DNA of 64,000 nucleotides from Selaginella moellendorffii. Its lineage: Eukaryota > Plantae > Lycopodiophyta. The stretch covers positions 2,609,729 to 2,673,728 of the forward strand of contig NW_003314271.1 in assembly GCF_000143415.4 (NCBI RefSeq). Reading direction: 5' to 3'. Within the stretch, counting starts at the first letter, position 1. Each line of letters begins with the position of its first letter. Shown piece by piece: positions 38,932 through 51,243 of this stretch. The notes under the pieces were generated by a model, which was not told the origin of the DNA, did no database searches, and was given only the letters and a program-made list of their open reading frames with translations. The translations under genes and the position numbers were made by a program.

Positions 38932-40848
38932 ATGGCTCTCAGAGCGGTGCTTTTCTGTGCTCTTGCTCTGGTTTTGGCGGAGCTGAGCTCGGCTCAAGCT
39001 GATGGTGGTGGGAAACATCTGGACGACATGATCGGGCAGCCTGAGGGAGCGGATTCGCTGCCGAGCGATGTGTTCGCCCCGCTGGAGAACAGGCTTGCAG
39101 AAGGTGGTCAAGTAGAGGAAGCCGATAGTTCGCTTCCGGAGGGGATGACAATGCCAGAGTCGGAAAGGCTTCAGCCATCTCCGGGAGGAGCTCCATCTCC
39201 GTCGACCGGGGATTCTTCCCCTGACAACGACGATGAGTTGATGAAGAAGGAAGCCTTGGCAAGTCTCGAAGAAGCACAGCTCTATCTCCAGCGGGCTCGG
39301 GTGATCGAGACGACGGAGGAATGCAAGGCCAGTTTGTACTCGGCCAACGGCGAGCTTGCATGGTGCGTGACTTTCTTGCTGGAGCTGAAATACAACGAGA
39401 CACTTGACAAGCTCGGCAACGCAAAGAGAAGCTTGGCGCAGTGTTCTTCCGCTCTCTCAATGGACAATTCGGTAAGATCTCGACCTTCGAGTTGGTAAAT
39501 ATTTTGTTCTCATAACTATTGACTTTGCAGGGTGATGCTACCAGACCTCTGCTATATCTCGTCCAGAAAGCACTCTCTCAGATAGACGAAGCGAAAATCA
39601 CCGTGAGCGGGCTAACACCACCTCCGAGTGAATTTCCCAGCACGGAATCGGTGGAGTTTGAAGGCAAGAAAGCATCGTTTCTCTTCATTTTTTAATAGTG
39701 ATATTTGCTCGCAGGTGTTGGAGTCCGGGACTCGTGCAAAGTGGACGGGACAACTTGCCAGTTCTCGAACTGTGGGAAAGGAAAGAAGTTGCCAAAGTGT
39801 GCTATCGGCTATGCTGGGAGTGTGACTGGGGGAGCCAGGGGTACCATGTACACGGTCACAAGCTCCGACGACAATCCATCTCGGCCACAGGGCGGCACCT
39901 TTCGTTATGGAGCTCAGCTGGCCAACGGGAGAAACGGAGGGGTTTGGATCACCTTTGCTCGGAGCATGACTATAGTCCTCCGCGACATGGTGTGGATCCG
40001 GAGCTCCACCACGGTTGATGGACGTGGAGTGAACGTCGTCTTTACCAACAAATGCTTCGTTCTCGGCGGTGTCAGCAACGTTATCCTTCACAACTTCGAG
40101 ATCTCTCGAGTGCCACAGACGGATACAATCCACATCTTTGGATCCTCGAGGGGCGTTTGGGTGGATCACATCACGTCCTCGGACGCGAAGCTCGGCCTCG
40201 TCTCGGTTGTCCAGGGATCGACCGACGTGACCATCTCAAACTGCTATCTTTCCAACAAGAACTTCAACATGCTGCTCGGTGCCTCGGATGCGGACTCGCA
40301 GGATCGAAACATGCGCGTGACCATCTTCCGGAACTGGTTTAGAGACTCGATGCAAAGGATGCCTCACTGCAGGTAACACAATCCTTCGCAAGTTCTTAGA
40401 TCGCTTTAGCTTAGTTCGTGCGAAAACTTCCACAAGAGTTTTCGTTCTTGCTTACATTCTTTCTTACAGGTGGGGATACTGTCACGTTGTCAACAATCTC
40501 TACACGAACTGGGGATACTACGCCATCGGAGGAAGAGCAAACGCACAGATCCTGTCCGAGAGCAACGCGTTCATTCCCGGCCGTAGGCGTGAGGTAACGC
40601 CATGGTTTCCAGGTGCCTCCAAAGCTCTCGATCAATCATCGACGATTCAGTCGAGAAACGATCTCTATCTTGGCGGTTCTACGTTCCATCAGTTCGTCCT
40701 CCTCGGGAAGAACTCGCAGCATCCAAAGTACGTTACGCCGCGCCATGCTCCTCCGGTTGTAACTCCAAATCGTCTCACAAAGATGATCCAAGCTTGCGCT
40801 GGCGCGCTCTATGGACAGAAGCTCCAGCGCTGCCTCTACTCGAGCTAA
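38932..40848 (+). CDS. Secreted pectate-lyase-family (PL1) protein with N-terminal acidic linker and PMEI/invertase-inhibitor-like helical domain; 4 exons
   Basis: Signal peptide; exons splice in frame (introns ~39472-39530, ~39664-39714 probably GC-AG, ~40373-40469); PL1 motifs TVDGRG, WVDH, RMPHCR, HVVNN.YTNW..YAIGG. Confidence 0.82.
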
Positions 40849-40986
40849 AATCGCTGTGCAAGAGCTTTTGATCCAAAGCTTTTCCAAAGCTTTGCTCCAT
40901 TTTAAAAGAACGGTCACGCGCTAAAACAAATTTAATAAAGCCAAGATTTTGGAGTCCAGGGCTTTAGGGCTTTACGCTTGGCGGCT

Positions 40987-43222
40987 ATGGCGACGAGGCG
41001 CTCCCTGATGGCGCCGATCCGACGAGCACTCCAGGTGAGAGAAATGCGATCGTCCAGCGCGCGTAATGTGTCCTTGTGCTGTGGAAGACACGCATTTCAA
41101 GGCCGATCTCCACTGCGGCGATCAATGCGGGGCAGCCGACGCCCGAAACGCATCCGGAGGTGAGATTTTGGATGAGCGATCGTCTCTGTTTTTGATCTCT
41201 TGTTTGTCAGCTTCTTGAGGCAGGGGAGATTATGCCCGGGATTTCGGCCGCCGAGTTCCACCAAAGACGGAAGAGCTTGATGTCGATTCTTCCCAGGAAC
41301 AGCTTGGTAGCGATAGGCTCTGCGCCGATCAAGACGATGAGTGATATCATTCCTTATCCTTATCGGCCAGACTCGGATTATCTTTACTATACTGGCTGCC
41401 AACAGCCTGGTGGAATAGCGGTGATCAAAGCCAATGGCGATCTTTGTATGTTCGTCTCTGATCCAGATCCCGAGGTAAGGCTATGATATTTTTTTTACCT
41501 GAAAAAACATGATCAGAAAAAAACAATTACAGCGGTCTGTGTGGGATGGAACTCTAGCGGACAAAGAAGCTGCACTGTCTGTTTTTCATGCCAACGAGAC
41601 GTATACAATAGCCGAAATTCCAAAGGTTCGTTATGTTCGTTCGCGCTTTGTTGCTGCTAACTTTCTTCACTTTATAGTATTTTGGTGAGATGGTCAAGTA
41701 TGCCAGCGGTGTATATTGTAACGAGAACATACTGAGTCCTACGTTCCGGAAGGTTTCGAAAATTCAAGAGGCCTTCGAACAGAACAAGTTGAGGAGCCTG
41801 TCTCCACATTCTAGCCAAATCAGAGTTGTTAAATCGCCCGCAGAGATCAGCTTGATGAAGCGGGTAGCGGATATTAGTTCACAGGTACGCGTGCGCTTGT
41901 TGTTAATGCACATGGATTGCCTAACTGGCTGCAATCTTGCAGGCATTCATACAAACTATAAAGACGTCAAAGCACTGGCCGCACGAACATTTGCTGGCTG
42001 CTACCATAGAGTACGAATCAAAAATCAGAGGAGCCCAGCGCATGGCGTAAGGACTATATTGCTAACGTAAACCTGGAACTCTTTGATCTTTAAGTGCTTG
42101 CTTTTTCCGTTCGCTACTAGTTTCTTCCTGCCGTTTCATATGTTGCTATGTTTCATACTTGCAGGTTTCCTCCTGTTGTAGGAAGTGGAGCAAATGCTAG
42201 CGTGATACATTACTCTAGGAACGACCAACGAGTGAGATTTCTTGCTCCAAAGTTTGGAGGCCGACTTTTCTTTTTTGTTGCTTAGATCCGGGAAGGAGAC
42301 TTGGTCCTTATGGATGCTGGCTGCGAGCTTCACGGATACGTCAGTGACATCACACGAACTTGGCCACCTTGCGGGTCCTTTAGCCCGGCCCAGGTCTGTG
42401 CTTGCTTCGTTTTCAACTCGTCCTTGAGCAAGATTACTTTATTGCAGAGGGAAATTTATGAGATTGTTCTATCAACAATGAATGAGTGCTTCAAGTTGTG
42501 CCATCCTGGTGCGAATCTACTACAGATCCACTCGCACTCTGTAAGCAGCTGTTACAAAAACGAGTTGTGATACGGTTCTGAAGGTACAGCTGCCTTACAG
42601 ATGCAGCTGTTGTCGAAGGCTCTGATCGGTCTTGGTATCAAAGGACAAGGACATTCCCCACCAGACGTTGGAAAATTTAATCCGACAGCTATCGGTACGC
42701 GATTGCAGTTTTCTTGTTCGAGTGACTTACGTGTTTTTCTTGGCTTGAAGGACACTATCTCGGGATGGATGTCCATGATTCTGGTGGAGTGTCACGGGGA
42801 GAATCCCTCCGCCCTGGTATGGTACGTACGTACACATTCTGTTGATCTTTCGTTTTGTGCTTATATGATACGTTCCTGTCAGGTTTTAGCAATAGAACCG
42901 GGCCTCTACTTTCCAAAGGACGCCGATGTCCCAGACAGGTCAGCAAAATTTGATGTATTCCCATGAGCCGATTGAGCAAGCCGAGCTAATCCAGGTACCG
43001 TGGCATTGGCATACGTATTGAGGACGAGGTTCTCATCACCGACAGTGGTTACGAGGTGATAATATGTTTTCTCGCTTGTGGATCCAAGCTAACTTTAAGT
43101 CGCTGTCCTCCCAGGTTCTTTCAACGTCCATTCCGAAAACGATAGAGGAGCTGGAGCTTTGCATCCAACAAGGTAAAGCCAAAGCCTATCCCCCCACTCT
43201 CGGGTCGTCCCAAGCTACATAG
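40987..43222 (+). CDS. ICP55: Mitochondrial intermediate cleaving peptidase 55 (M24B Xaa-Pro aminopeptidase family); many exons
   Basis: GQPTPETHPE, EFHQRR, PYPYRPDSDYLYYTG, MDAGCELHGYVSDITRTWP, HYLGMDVHD, IEPGLY, GIRIEDEVL. Confidence 0.9.
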
Positions 43223-46200
43223 CGTGAGGGGGTCACTGGAAACGTCAGTCATTCGCTAACAGCAACAATCCTTCTCTGTCAGGACCAAGCCCCGCGCATC
43301 CTTTGAGCAATTGTCGAGACAAGGAGGGATTGATAACATAACAGCGCTTTCGCCTGGCCTCTAGTTCATCAATCTCGCCCCGGATGATTGATGTATGATC
43401 GGCAGTAAGATCTTCCCTTTTCTGGCCATTTATTTTGTTTGGATGCGTTAGGTGGCTGAAAGATTGTGGGCAGTCTTTTTGGCTGCCCTTCATTGAGTTG
43501 AATGAATTCCCATACTTACATTGTTGTACAATTAAACTACAACAAAAAAAGGTTAACTCCACGGCTTAGGTTAACTCATTAATTCCGTTTTGCTACCTTA
43601 AAAACAGAATTAATTAAGTGATATGATGCGAATATTCTAATTCTCCATTTGGGCGGTACAGAACTGTAACGGCGCCAACCAAACCACAATGATAGCGTGC
43701 AGCGCGTCTTAATCATTATCCGAGCCGTGCGGTACGTTGACGTGGCTGTCGCCAATTTGAAGGTACGTCTACTATGTACGCTTTCTGGCTTTTGACAAAA
43801 TTTGAATTTAAAATTTTGAAGCTGCAGTACCGCGAATGCAGGAGAAGTGGAACAAGCCAAAAAAAATTTTACAGGCAGCTGGAAAAGGGAGCACTTCTTC
43901 CTCTGTTTTTTATTGTCGCTCTGCGAGTTTCTGCTCGCATAAAGTTTCCGGTGGCAATGGTGACACTTGGGTTGATCTCATTCTCCTTTCTTTTACCAAA
44001 AAGAGAGGAAACCAAATGAAATCAAACGCGAACTAAGTGTATGTGTGTGTGTGTGCGTGCGTGTGACTTTGTGTGGTGGGAGCGAGTGATGGCAATGTGT
44101 GGAGATTGAAAGCCACATCTGTGGCGATGGTTTTACAAAGCACAGAGAAATTGCGCAATCTCTGTGCGCTAGCAAACATCAGGCAAAGCTTACATATCTC
44201 TCTTTACTCGCAGCGCAGGCCGGGGGAATTGCCAGAGAGATCTTCACGAGTTGAGAGAGAGCCAAATTGCGGGACAGCGACCCGCGTCAAAGCTAGCTTC
44301 AACCGTTTGCTATCTCTCTTCCATCCGGAAAATTTTACCCTCTTTCATCTCGCCGAGAGAGAGCGAGAGGGAGAGCGAGCAAGTCAATTTCCATCAATCA
44401 AAATCCATCCATCTCGGGCCATCCGAGCCGATTTTTTCCGCGCTCGCCTTCAATTCAACCATCAACAGCAACAACTCTGCCACTCCAATCCTTCCTCCCT
44501 TTCTCTGATTTCCCTCATACTTTTCTTCCACCTCTCATTAAAAACTATCCGGAGGAGTACTTAATCCAGAGCTTCCACTTCCTCTTTTTGCAGGGAGAGA
44601 GAGAGAGAAAGAGAAAGAGAACGATCGATCGAAAGAGAAAGAGCTATTAAACGCCGCCAAAGGTTTAGTGTCACTGCTGCACATATGGGTAACAAACAAG
44701 TGGTGGTGGACTGGTGGCGAGCTTTGCGTTTATGGGAAAGCTCTGTGTGGAACCATCCACGGACACATCATGTTCCTTCCAGGCCTGAGAGCCATTTCTT
44801 TTTCTCCTTGAGCGCGGTTTAGTTGTTTGATCCAATCCAACTCAATCCATCCCCATCGGTCGACACATCATGTTACACCCGCTCTATCTTATCGAGTTCC
44901 AATTTGTCCTGCTCTGCGCGGGAGAAGTTTCATAAAACTTTTCATATTAGTTCTTCCTCAACACGGGCATTTTCATACTCGATCGCTGTCCGGTTGCGAG
45001 GGATCGATTGCATCAATGACACAAAGCGATGTTGAGAGAATTGGAGCTTGAATGGCTGCTGGTAAAGCTAGAACCGAGCCGACTGTTTTTATTGTTTTGA
45101 TTCTTTGTCTATGATCCAGTCCTCCTCCAGCTAGCTTGCTCGTGCTCTGGCCTTTATAATACCATTGTGTAACGTGCGCATCTCGCGTTGTGCATGCTTG
45201 CTTATTGCTTGGATTGCTTGGATTGCTTTCTTTCTCGCTTGCTTTCAATTCCCATCCCCTTTGTGCTTTCCATGCTTTTGGGGTCACGGCGATTGGCGAG
45301 GCTCCCACGCCACCTTTCCACAACAAAACCATGATCGCTCCTTGATCCATCCATTTGCATTGCCCATTCCAATCAATCAATCAATCAATGCCAGCCAGCC
45401 AAGGAACACGTAGACGACCAAGACGAGACGAGCGGAGAAAGAGAAAGAAGATTCCCCGGCGAGCGCGAGCTGGGGCGGGAATCTACACTGGAATAACCCC
45501 GTGCATGCGAGTCTCAATTACGATATGCCCGAGTTGGGCATGGGCATAGCGAGTGGGGTCGGCCGTCGGCATGCAGAGAATCTACCAGCAAAAGGATAGA
45601 TAGATTCGCACGTACGGAATCACTTTGCCGCGGAAGTACAGCATCTCCGCCAAAGTTCTCTTCCAAGGACAAGAACAGACATAGAACAAACAAAGAGATA
45701 AAAGAAGAAAGAAAAAAATCTTTCCGGGTCATCGATCATGATATGCTCTTCAAGAACAATGTTTGGAAGCCAAACTTTGGTGGCGTGCACGCCCCACCCT
45801 CCGTACAGTCCCCCTATGTTTTATACAATAGCTCTACTACAAGTGGGATTGATTCATCGCGCAACCAAGCGTTGTCTATTTAGACAATGCAGGATCCAAA
45901 GAGCCTTGGCCGCGGACACACACCATCAACTTAGCATAAGAAACACAATGCCCGTTTTTTAAAGTCTTGTAAATCGCGGTGGAGTGGCTGTCGATCTTAT
46001 GCCGAGCAGCACGGGTCCAGTCGAGCCATACACCGACAAGCCCAGCAACAGCAACAAAAGAGCCACTGCCATTGCCCTCTACTCAAATCCAAAGAAGAAA
46101 CAAAGAATTCGGCCCCCAAGGACAAAAACACACACACAACACAAAAAGAGAGAAAACACAACAGTGTTGTGTGTGTTTGTGTGTGTATTTTTTGGAGCTC

Positions 46201-46757
46201 CCCAGTCTCTGTCTGTCAATCTACCTATACAACAGAGGCTGGCTGGGCCAAAATAAACAAATAACAGGAAAATCGAATAAAAATTTGCAGAGAAGGAGCC
46301 AAACTTTGCATATCTCAGAGACACACCAATGGGATGCCAACTTTTTATGAATGCTATAGGCTACAATATCTATATTTCCTCATCACAGTACCACCACACC
46401 GTCAACTTTTACTAATCATGCGAATAAAACAACCACCAAACCAACAGCTTTTGCTTTGTTTTTCGCTCGTCACACTTTTGGTGTTCTTCCTTTCCTGGCA
46501 GAGTGAAATGCTTGAATCATACGTAGCGGATTCGCGTTGATTGGTCTGGAGCTGATCTTCCACGAATCTCTTGCGAGCGAGCGGAACGAGCCAACGAGAA
46601 GAATTGTAGTGCCCGCGATCGCAGGCAGTGAGACAAAGTCGTTCCGCCAAAACCGCGTTTGTGTGGATGGTTGCTCCATCGATTGTTATCCTCGCGCGTG
46701 AGTGAGAGAGTGATGGTGATCCTGGAGTTTGTCAGCGATCCTAGGCTTGCTATAGGC

Positions 46758-48269
46758 CTAGAAGTCTCTGGGATCCACGAAAACAGGGGAGCCCATGGGC
46801 AAATCCATCCAATTCTCACCCGAATCGGGCGTGGCAGTGACGGTGGCGCCGGTGTTCTTGATCCCCACCAAGTCCTTGACACACCACAGATCGTCCATGG
46901 TGGACAAGCTCTTCCAATGCGGCACCGATCCGAGCAGAGGGTCCGCCGCCCCCATCTCCGCCGCCACCACCGCGCAGCCATTCCGCCGCGCCACATTCCT
47001 CGCGTTCTTGCACAGCGCCGCCACCAGCTCGCCCGATCGCGCGCCGCCGCCCGCGATCCCGAAGAGGAAGTGGATCCCAAACGGCTGGAACACGTCCGGG
47101 AAGGAGGAGATTCGCAGCCACGGCAGCGCGCGATCCAGCGCCCGCGACGCCGCCGCCGCCGCGCGGATCCGCCACGGCGCGCCGCTCACCTCCAGCGTGA
47201 AGATCTCGTTCGTCTTCCACACGCTCACCACCGCCCACGAGCTAAACACCCCCTCGAGCAGCTTCTTCACGGAGACTTGGCGGCGGGGATGGCGGCGGTC
47301 CAGCGGCGCCGCCATGCCCGAGCTCGGCGTTGATTCGGCCTTGAGCGTGGCGAGCCAGGTCCCCGCGCAGCAGCGGGCGTTGCCCACGATGGAATCGATG
47401 TCCGCGGCGGGGAAGAAATCGGTGGCGCCGCTGTAGCAGCGGTAGATCTCGGCGGCGTCGGCGGGCGCCAGGCGCGTGAGGCGGATGTGGGAGGGAATCG
47501 ATTCCCAGTGCTGGAACACGGGGTGGACGAGGATGCTGGGGCTGCGCACCGGGCGGAATTGGAGCTTGCCCACGAACAGCCCCGACGACGCGACGTTGCT
47601 CTTCTCGGTCATCATGTAGGCGTAGGCGGCGCCCTTGTCGCGGCACCACTGCTCGATCCTCCTCGCCAGCGCCAGGCCGATCCCTTTCCTCCTGAAACCA
47701 GCGATCAGTCATCGTCAGAGAAAATCGCCAAGAAACAAGGAAGCGAGAGAAGAATCTCGTCCTGTCAAGGGACAATCAAGAACAAGGGAGAGGAAGCGAT
47801 GGAGGGAAATTCCTCTCGATCGATCGATACCTGTGGAGCGGCGACACCCGGAGGCCGAGAATGTAGGCGCAGCGAGCGCGAATGGCCGATTCCTTGCCGC
47901 TGCCACCGCTCAGCCGCTTCCTGCCGCACACCATCTCTTTGATCCCCGCCCGGATCACTCCCACAATCTCCTCGCCAATCTCGGCGACCTGGAAATCAAG
48001 AACATCAAGAAACCATCCATGGCGGCCGAGAAAAAGGTAATGGAAGCCCGATCGATCGACCGGTGGAGGAGGAGGGAATTGGAATTGGAGGAGGGATTCC
48101 CTACCAGCATTGTGTAGAGCGCGAAATGCCGCACCCTCCCCAGCGGATCGCCCATGGAATCCGCGAAGAGCGACATGGAACCGCTCGGCCCGGCGTCGCA
48201 CAGCCGCTCTAGCTCCTCCACTCGCCTCGCGTCGCCCAAAGGATCATACTTCCTCACGCGCAGCTCCAT
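46758..48269 (-). CDS. HLS1: HOOKLESS1-like GNAT N-acetyltransferase; 3 exons
   Basis: VEELERLCDAGPSG..SLF.D.MGDPLGRVRH, YILGLRVSPLHRRKGIG, DLWCVK, C-terminal FVDPRDF. Confidence 0.9.
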
Positions 48270-49347
48270 CTCTCCCTCTCCCTTCCACGAAAGAAACAAA
48301 TCCAAAGATTACTCCACCACGATTCCTCTCTCCTCTCTCTCGCGGGAGATATCCTCGCAAAAAAGGAGTGGCTCGCTCGTATCGATGTCGCGAAAATCCT
48401 CTCGACGCTAGAAAAGATCGCTTGGAGCTCTCTGTTGGAGAGAGCAAGCGTGGCGCTGGCTACGCTATATAGCAACGCGGGACAGCAAGAGAACAAACAA
48501 GCCACGCTAAAAAAATAAAAATAAAATTAAAAACCAGGACCAACACAACACAAAGCAAGAAGAAGCAAGCAAAGCCAAACCGAAGACTGGCGATGGACGG
48601 GCATTTTTTCGGTACTACAAACCAAAGGACTGATTCATTGCACTGTATGCAGCAAATGCCCGCTGAAGGCATCTGCGGCGCGCGGGGATTGGACAGCAAC
48701 TCGCCCGTGGCGCAGGCCACACGTCTTACAACACATGGAGAATTTTAGGGCTCTCGCCTCTGCGTGTGTGGTTTTTCTCCCCATGAATGTGGGGATATGA
48801 TATGATACCGGGCGGCATCCGGGGGCGGGCAAGTGCACGTTGCGGGGTGGAGCGACTCGAACGCCCGTCGTAGCCGCTCCGTGCCCTAAAACAACGTACG
48901 GACAGCGGAAATTTTTCCCCCTTGCCGAGCATCAAGGGGGCGGGAACAATGATTTGTGTTCGTTGCTTTTGTTCCTCTGGAACGAGCAAGCAAGCAAAAT
49001 GCCGTGGGGAAGGATTGCTTTTGTGTCTTGGTGGTAGCAACGAAAAAAAAAAAGGCTAGCCTAAGCTTATACCTATATCCTTGCTATCTATCTATCTGTC
49101 TATCTATCTATCAAGAAGGTACTACTCTGGAATTTTCTTAGGGATAATCAAGCCATGCGTCCGTATACTTTTTCGCGCCAATGAGAACTTTGACCCGTGT
49201 TTGACTCATGTGAAGTGGCGCAACGTTAGCGTCGTAGGCTAATTTCCAGCAGGTCGCAGGATCGACTCTGATATGCTAACAGAACCATGCAGGTTAACAC
49301 TAATGAATTCGTATATTCGTTTGCGAGGAAGGAAGATATTCGCCCCT

Positions 49348-49913
49348 TCACGAGCTTGGGTCCTCGGGGATTTTCTTCTTGCCGAAGAACTGGAGCGCGA
49401 ATGCCAAGCACAGCAGCAGCAGCGGCACCACGTACTTCAGGAACACGCTCGGCCGATCCGCCGGATCAATCGCGAGAGGGCGCATCACGGGCTCCTCCTC
49501 CTCCTCCTCCACCGCGGATCGCTTCGCGGGCCTGGAATCCTTGTCGCCGGCGTAGCCCTCCACGAATCCCACCAGGAATTGCTCCATTTGCTCCTTGGCA
49601 CTGTCGCTGTGCCCGACCTCCTCGAAATCTTGACTCGCGTCTTTGCCTATAAGGAAGGAGATGAAACATCGATCGAATTTGGGAGATTTTGTGGAGAAAT
49701 CCGCGGTTACCTGCGACGGCCAGCAAGGCATCCTCGCCTCCGGGATGATCCACCAGGAAATTCGTCACGTCATACACCTATGGACGCCATAGCTAAGCTC
49801 AGCACTCTTTTCTTCTTGGGTGATTAGCAGCTAATTACCTTGCCATTTATGATGAACCAGCAGTCCGTCGCGGATTTGTGCTTGGCGACCTCTGCCGCGC
49901 TGAGATCGCCCAT
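49348..49913 (-). CDS. CB5: Cytochrome b5, tail-anchored; 3 exons
   Basis: [37 protein letters not shown], C-terminal TM segment. Confidence 0.92.
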
Positions 49914-49988
49914 GAATCCAATCGCGAAAAAAAAAGGATCTGTAAACCCTTAGCATTTTAACATTTTATTTCCACCCTTTTAGGGTTT

Positions 49989-51007
49989 ATGGGCGCGCTA
50001 CTACACAAGTTCTTTCTGGATCGTGGTCGCGCGATCGCTCCGGATGAAAATGCCAGCGATGGTGTGGATTCGGTGCTTCTCACGGGGCCATCTTGCTCGT
50101 AAGCTAGATGTCGCTCTTGCGATCGCCTTCTTTTTTCTTTCTTTTTCTCTAGAGGAAAAACGACGCTGCTCTTCCACTTCGCGATCAATCTCGTCTCCGA
50201 GCAGGGATTGTCCAACGTTGTGATCATTTGCAAGCGCAGTAGCATGGAGAATGATCCTCCATCTTTACCAGAGGCATGGCATTCTTTCTCTTGCTTTCCT
50301 TCTCTTTGAATGAATGTGAGATTCTATCAAGCAGGACTTGGACACCCAGCACTTGCGGAGGATTTCGTTCAAGTGAGGGCTCCATATCGATCGATCGATC
50401 CAAAGTTCCATCTGTGTATATAGGTACGTGAGCGACGACGAAGATCTGGACAAGTACTTTGCCGCGTTCCATCTCGCAAATCCATTGCCGCAAGCAGTGA
50501 TCATCGACAGCTTCTCGGAGTTCTTCGAGGACTGGTAAGCTTGCGCCGAAATTCCTTCCTCTCGCTTGAAAACTTTGTCTCTCTCACGCAGGATTTACGA
50601 AGACGATGGAGGCGATGGACAGCCTCTGGAAGTTGCCATGGTCGACTCCCTCGCACTTTGCCTGAACGCAATGGAACACGCAAGGTATAGCTCTTAAATC
50701 TCTTCTCCAGTTTATAATCTCAAGCTTTGTAGCAAAGAATCTCCATCGGAGCAGGCTTGCAAGCTTGTGATCTCGGATTTATCAGACGAAGCTGCGAGCT
50801 ACATGTACATCTACAAGAAATACCTCTCTCGAGTCTTTGTCATCAAAAGTAAGCTCAAGCTTCCTTGTTCTACGATCTTCCGTTCGCCAAATTGCAGGGG
50901 TAGACTCCTCAAAGTTTTTCTTGTCCGAGGAGTGCAAAGAAAATGCTGGCTACGCTCGCTACACATTTAACGGCGGACCAGTTCAACTTGATGAACTAGT
51001 CGTTTGA
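49989..51007 (+). CDS. Small RecA/RAD51-like P-loop protein, SWSAP1-like; multi-exon
   Basis: Spliced VLLTGPSCS|GKTTLLFHFA (Walker A), VVIIC, RISFK|YVSDDEDLDKYFAAFHL, AVIIDSF (Walker B), LALCLNA, YIYKKY. Confidence 0.7.
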
Positions 51008-51106
51008 TCCAAAAGTCCAAAATCTTAGAAATCGAAGTGGACTTTTGGAAATAAGCTTTACACAAACTTTAATTTTTTTAATTAAAAGAAAAGCGTTAAA
51101 GAGAGG

Positions 51107-51178
51107 AGGAGGAAGCCAGAATTGAACTAGCGACCCATCGGACTGCAGCCGATTGCTCTACCGCTGAGCTATACCTCC
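51107..51178 (-). tRNA. tRNA-Cys (GCA)
   Basis: GGAGGTATAGCTCAGCGGTAGAGCAATCGGCTGCAGTCCGATGGGTCGCTAGTTCAATTCTGGCTTCCTCCT folds as a cloverleaf; anticodon GCA, U73 discriminator, A/B boxes, downstream T-runs. Confidence 0.9.
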
Positions 51179-51243
51179 ATTACTGTAAATCATAACTAAT
51201 CACTACAATAATAAATTTTGTGCGTTATAGGAAGGGAGAAAAT

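Noticed and set aside
46517-48505. Long overlapping/antisense ORFs over HLS1-like (also over LNK, PPR and germin)
   Set aside because: Shadow frames of GC-rich coding sequence with no domain signal.
49940-49990. Interstitial telomere or chromosome-fusion signal (AAACCCT/TAGGGTTT, also near 6380, 23950, 34231, 53200)
   Set aside because: Single copies beside start codons are ordinary telo-box promoter motifs.
5266-51007. Functional linkage of recombination genes PTD and SWSAP1-like
   Set aside because: 44 kb apart with many unrelated genes between; likely chance in a gene-dense genome.
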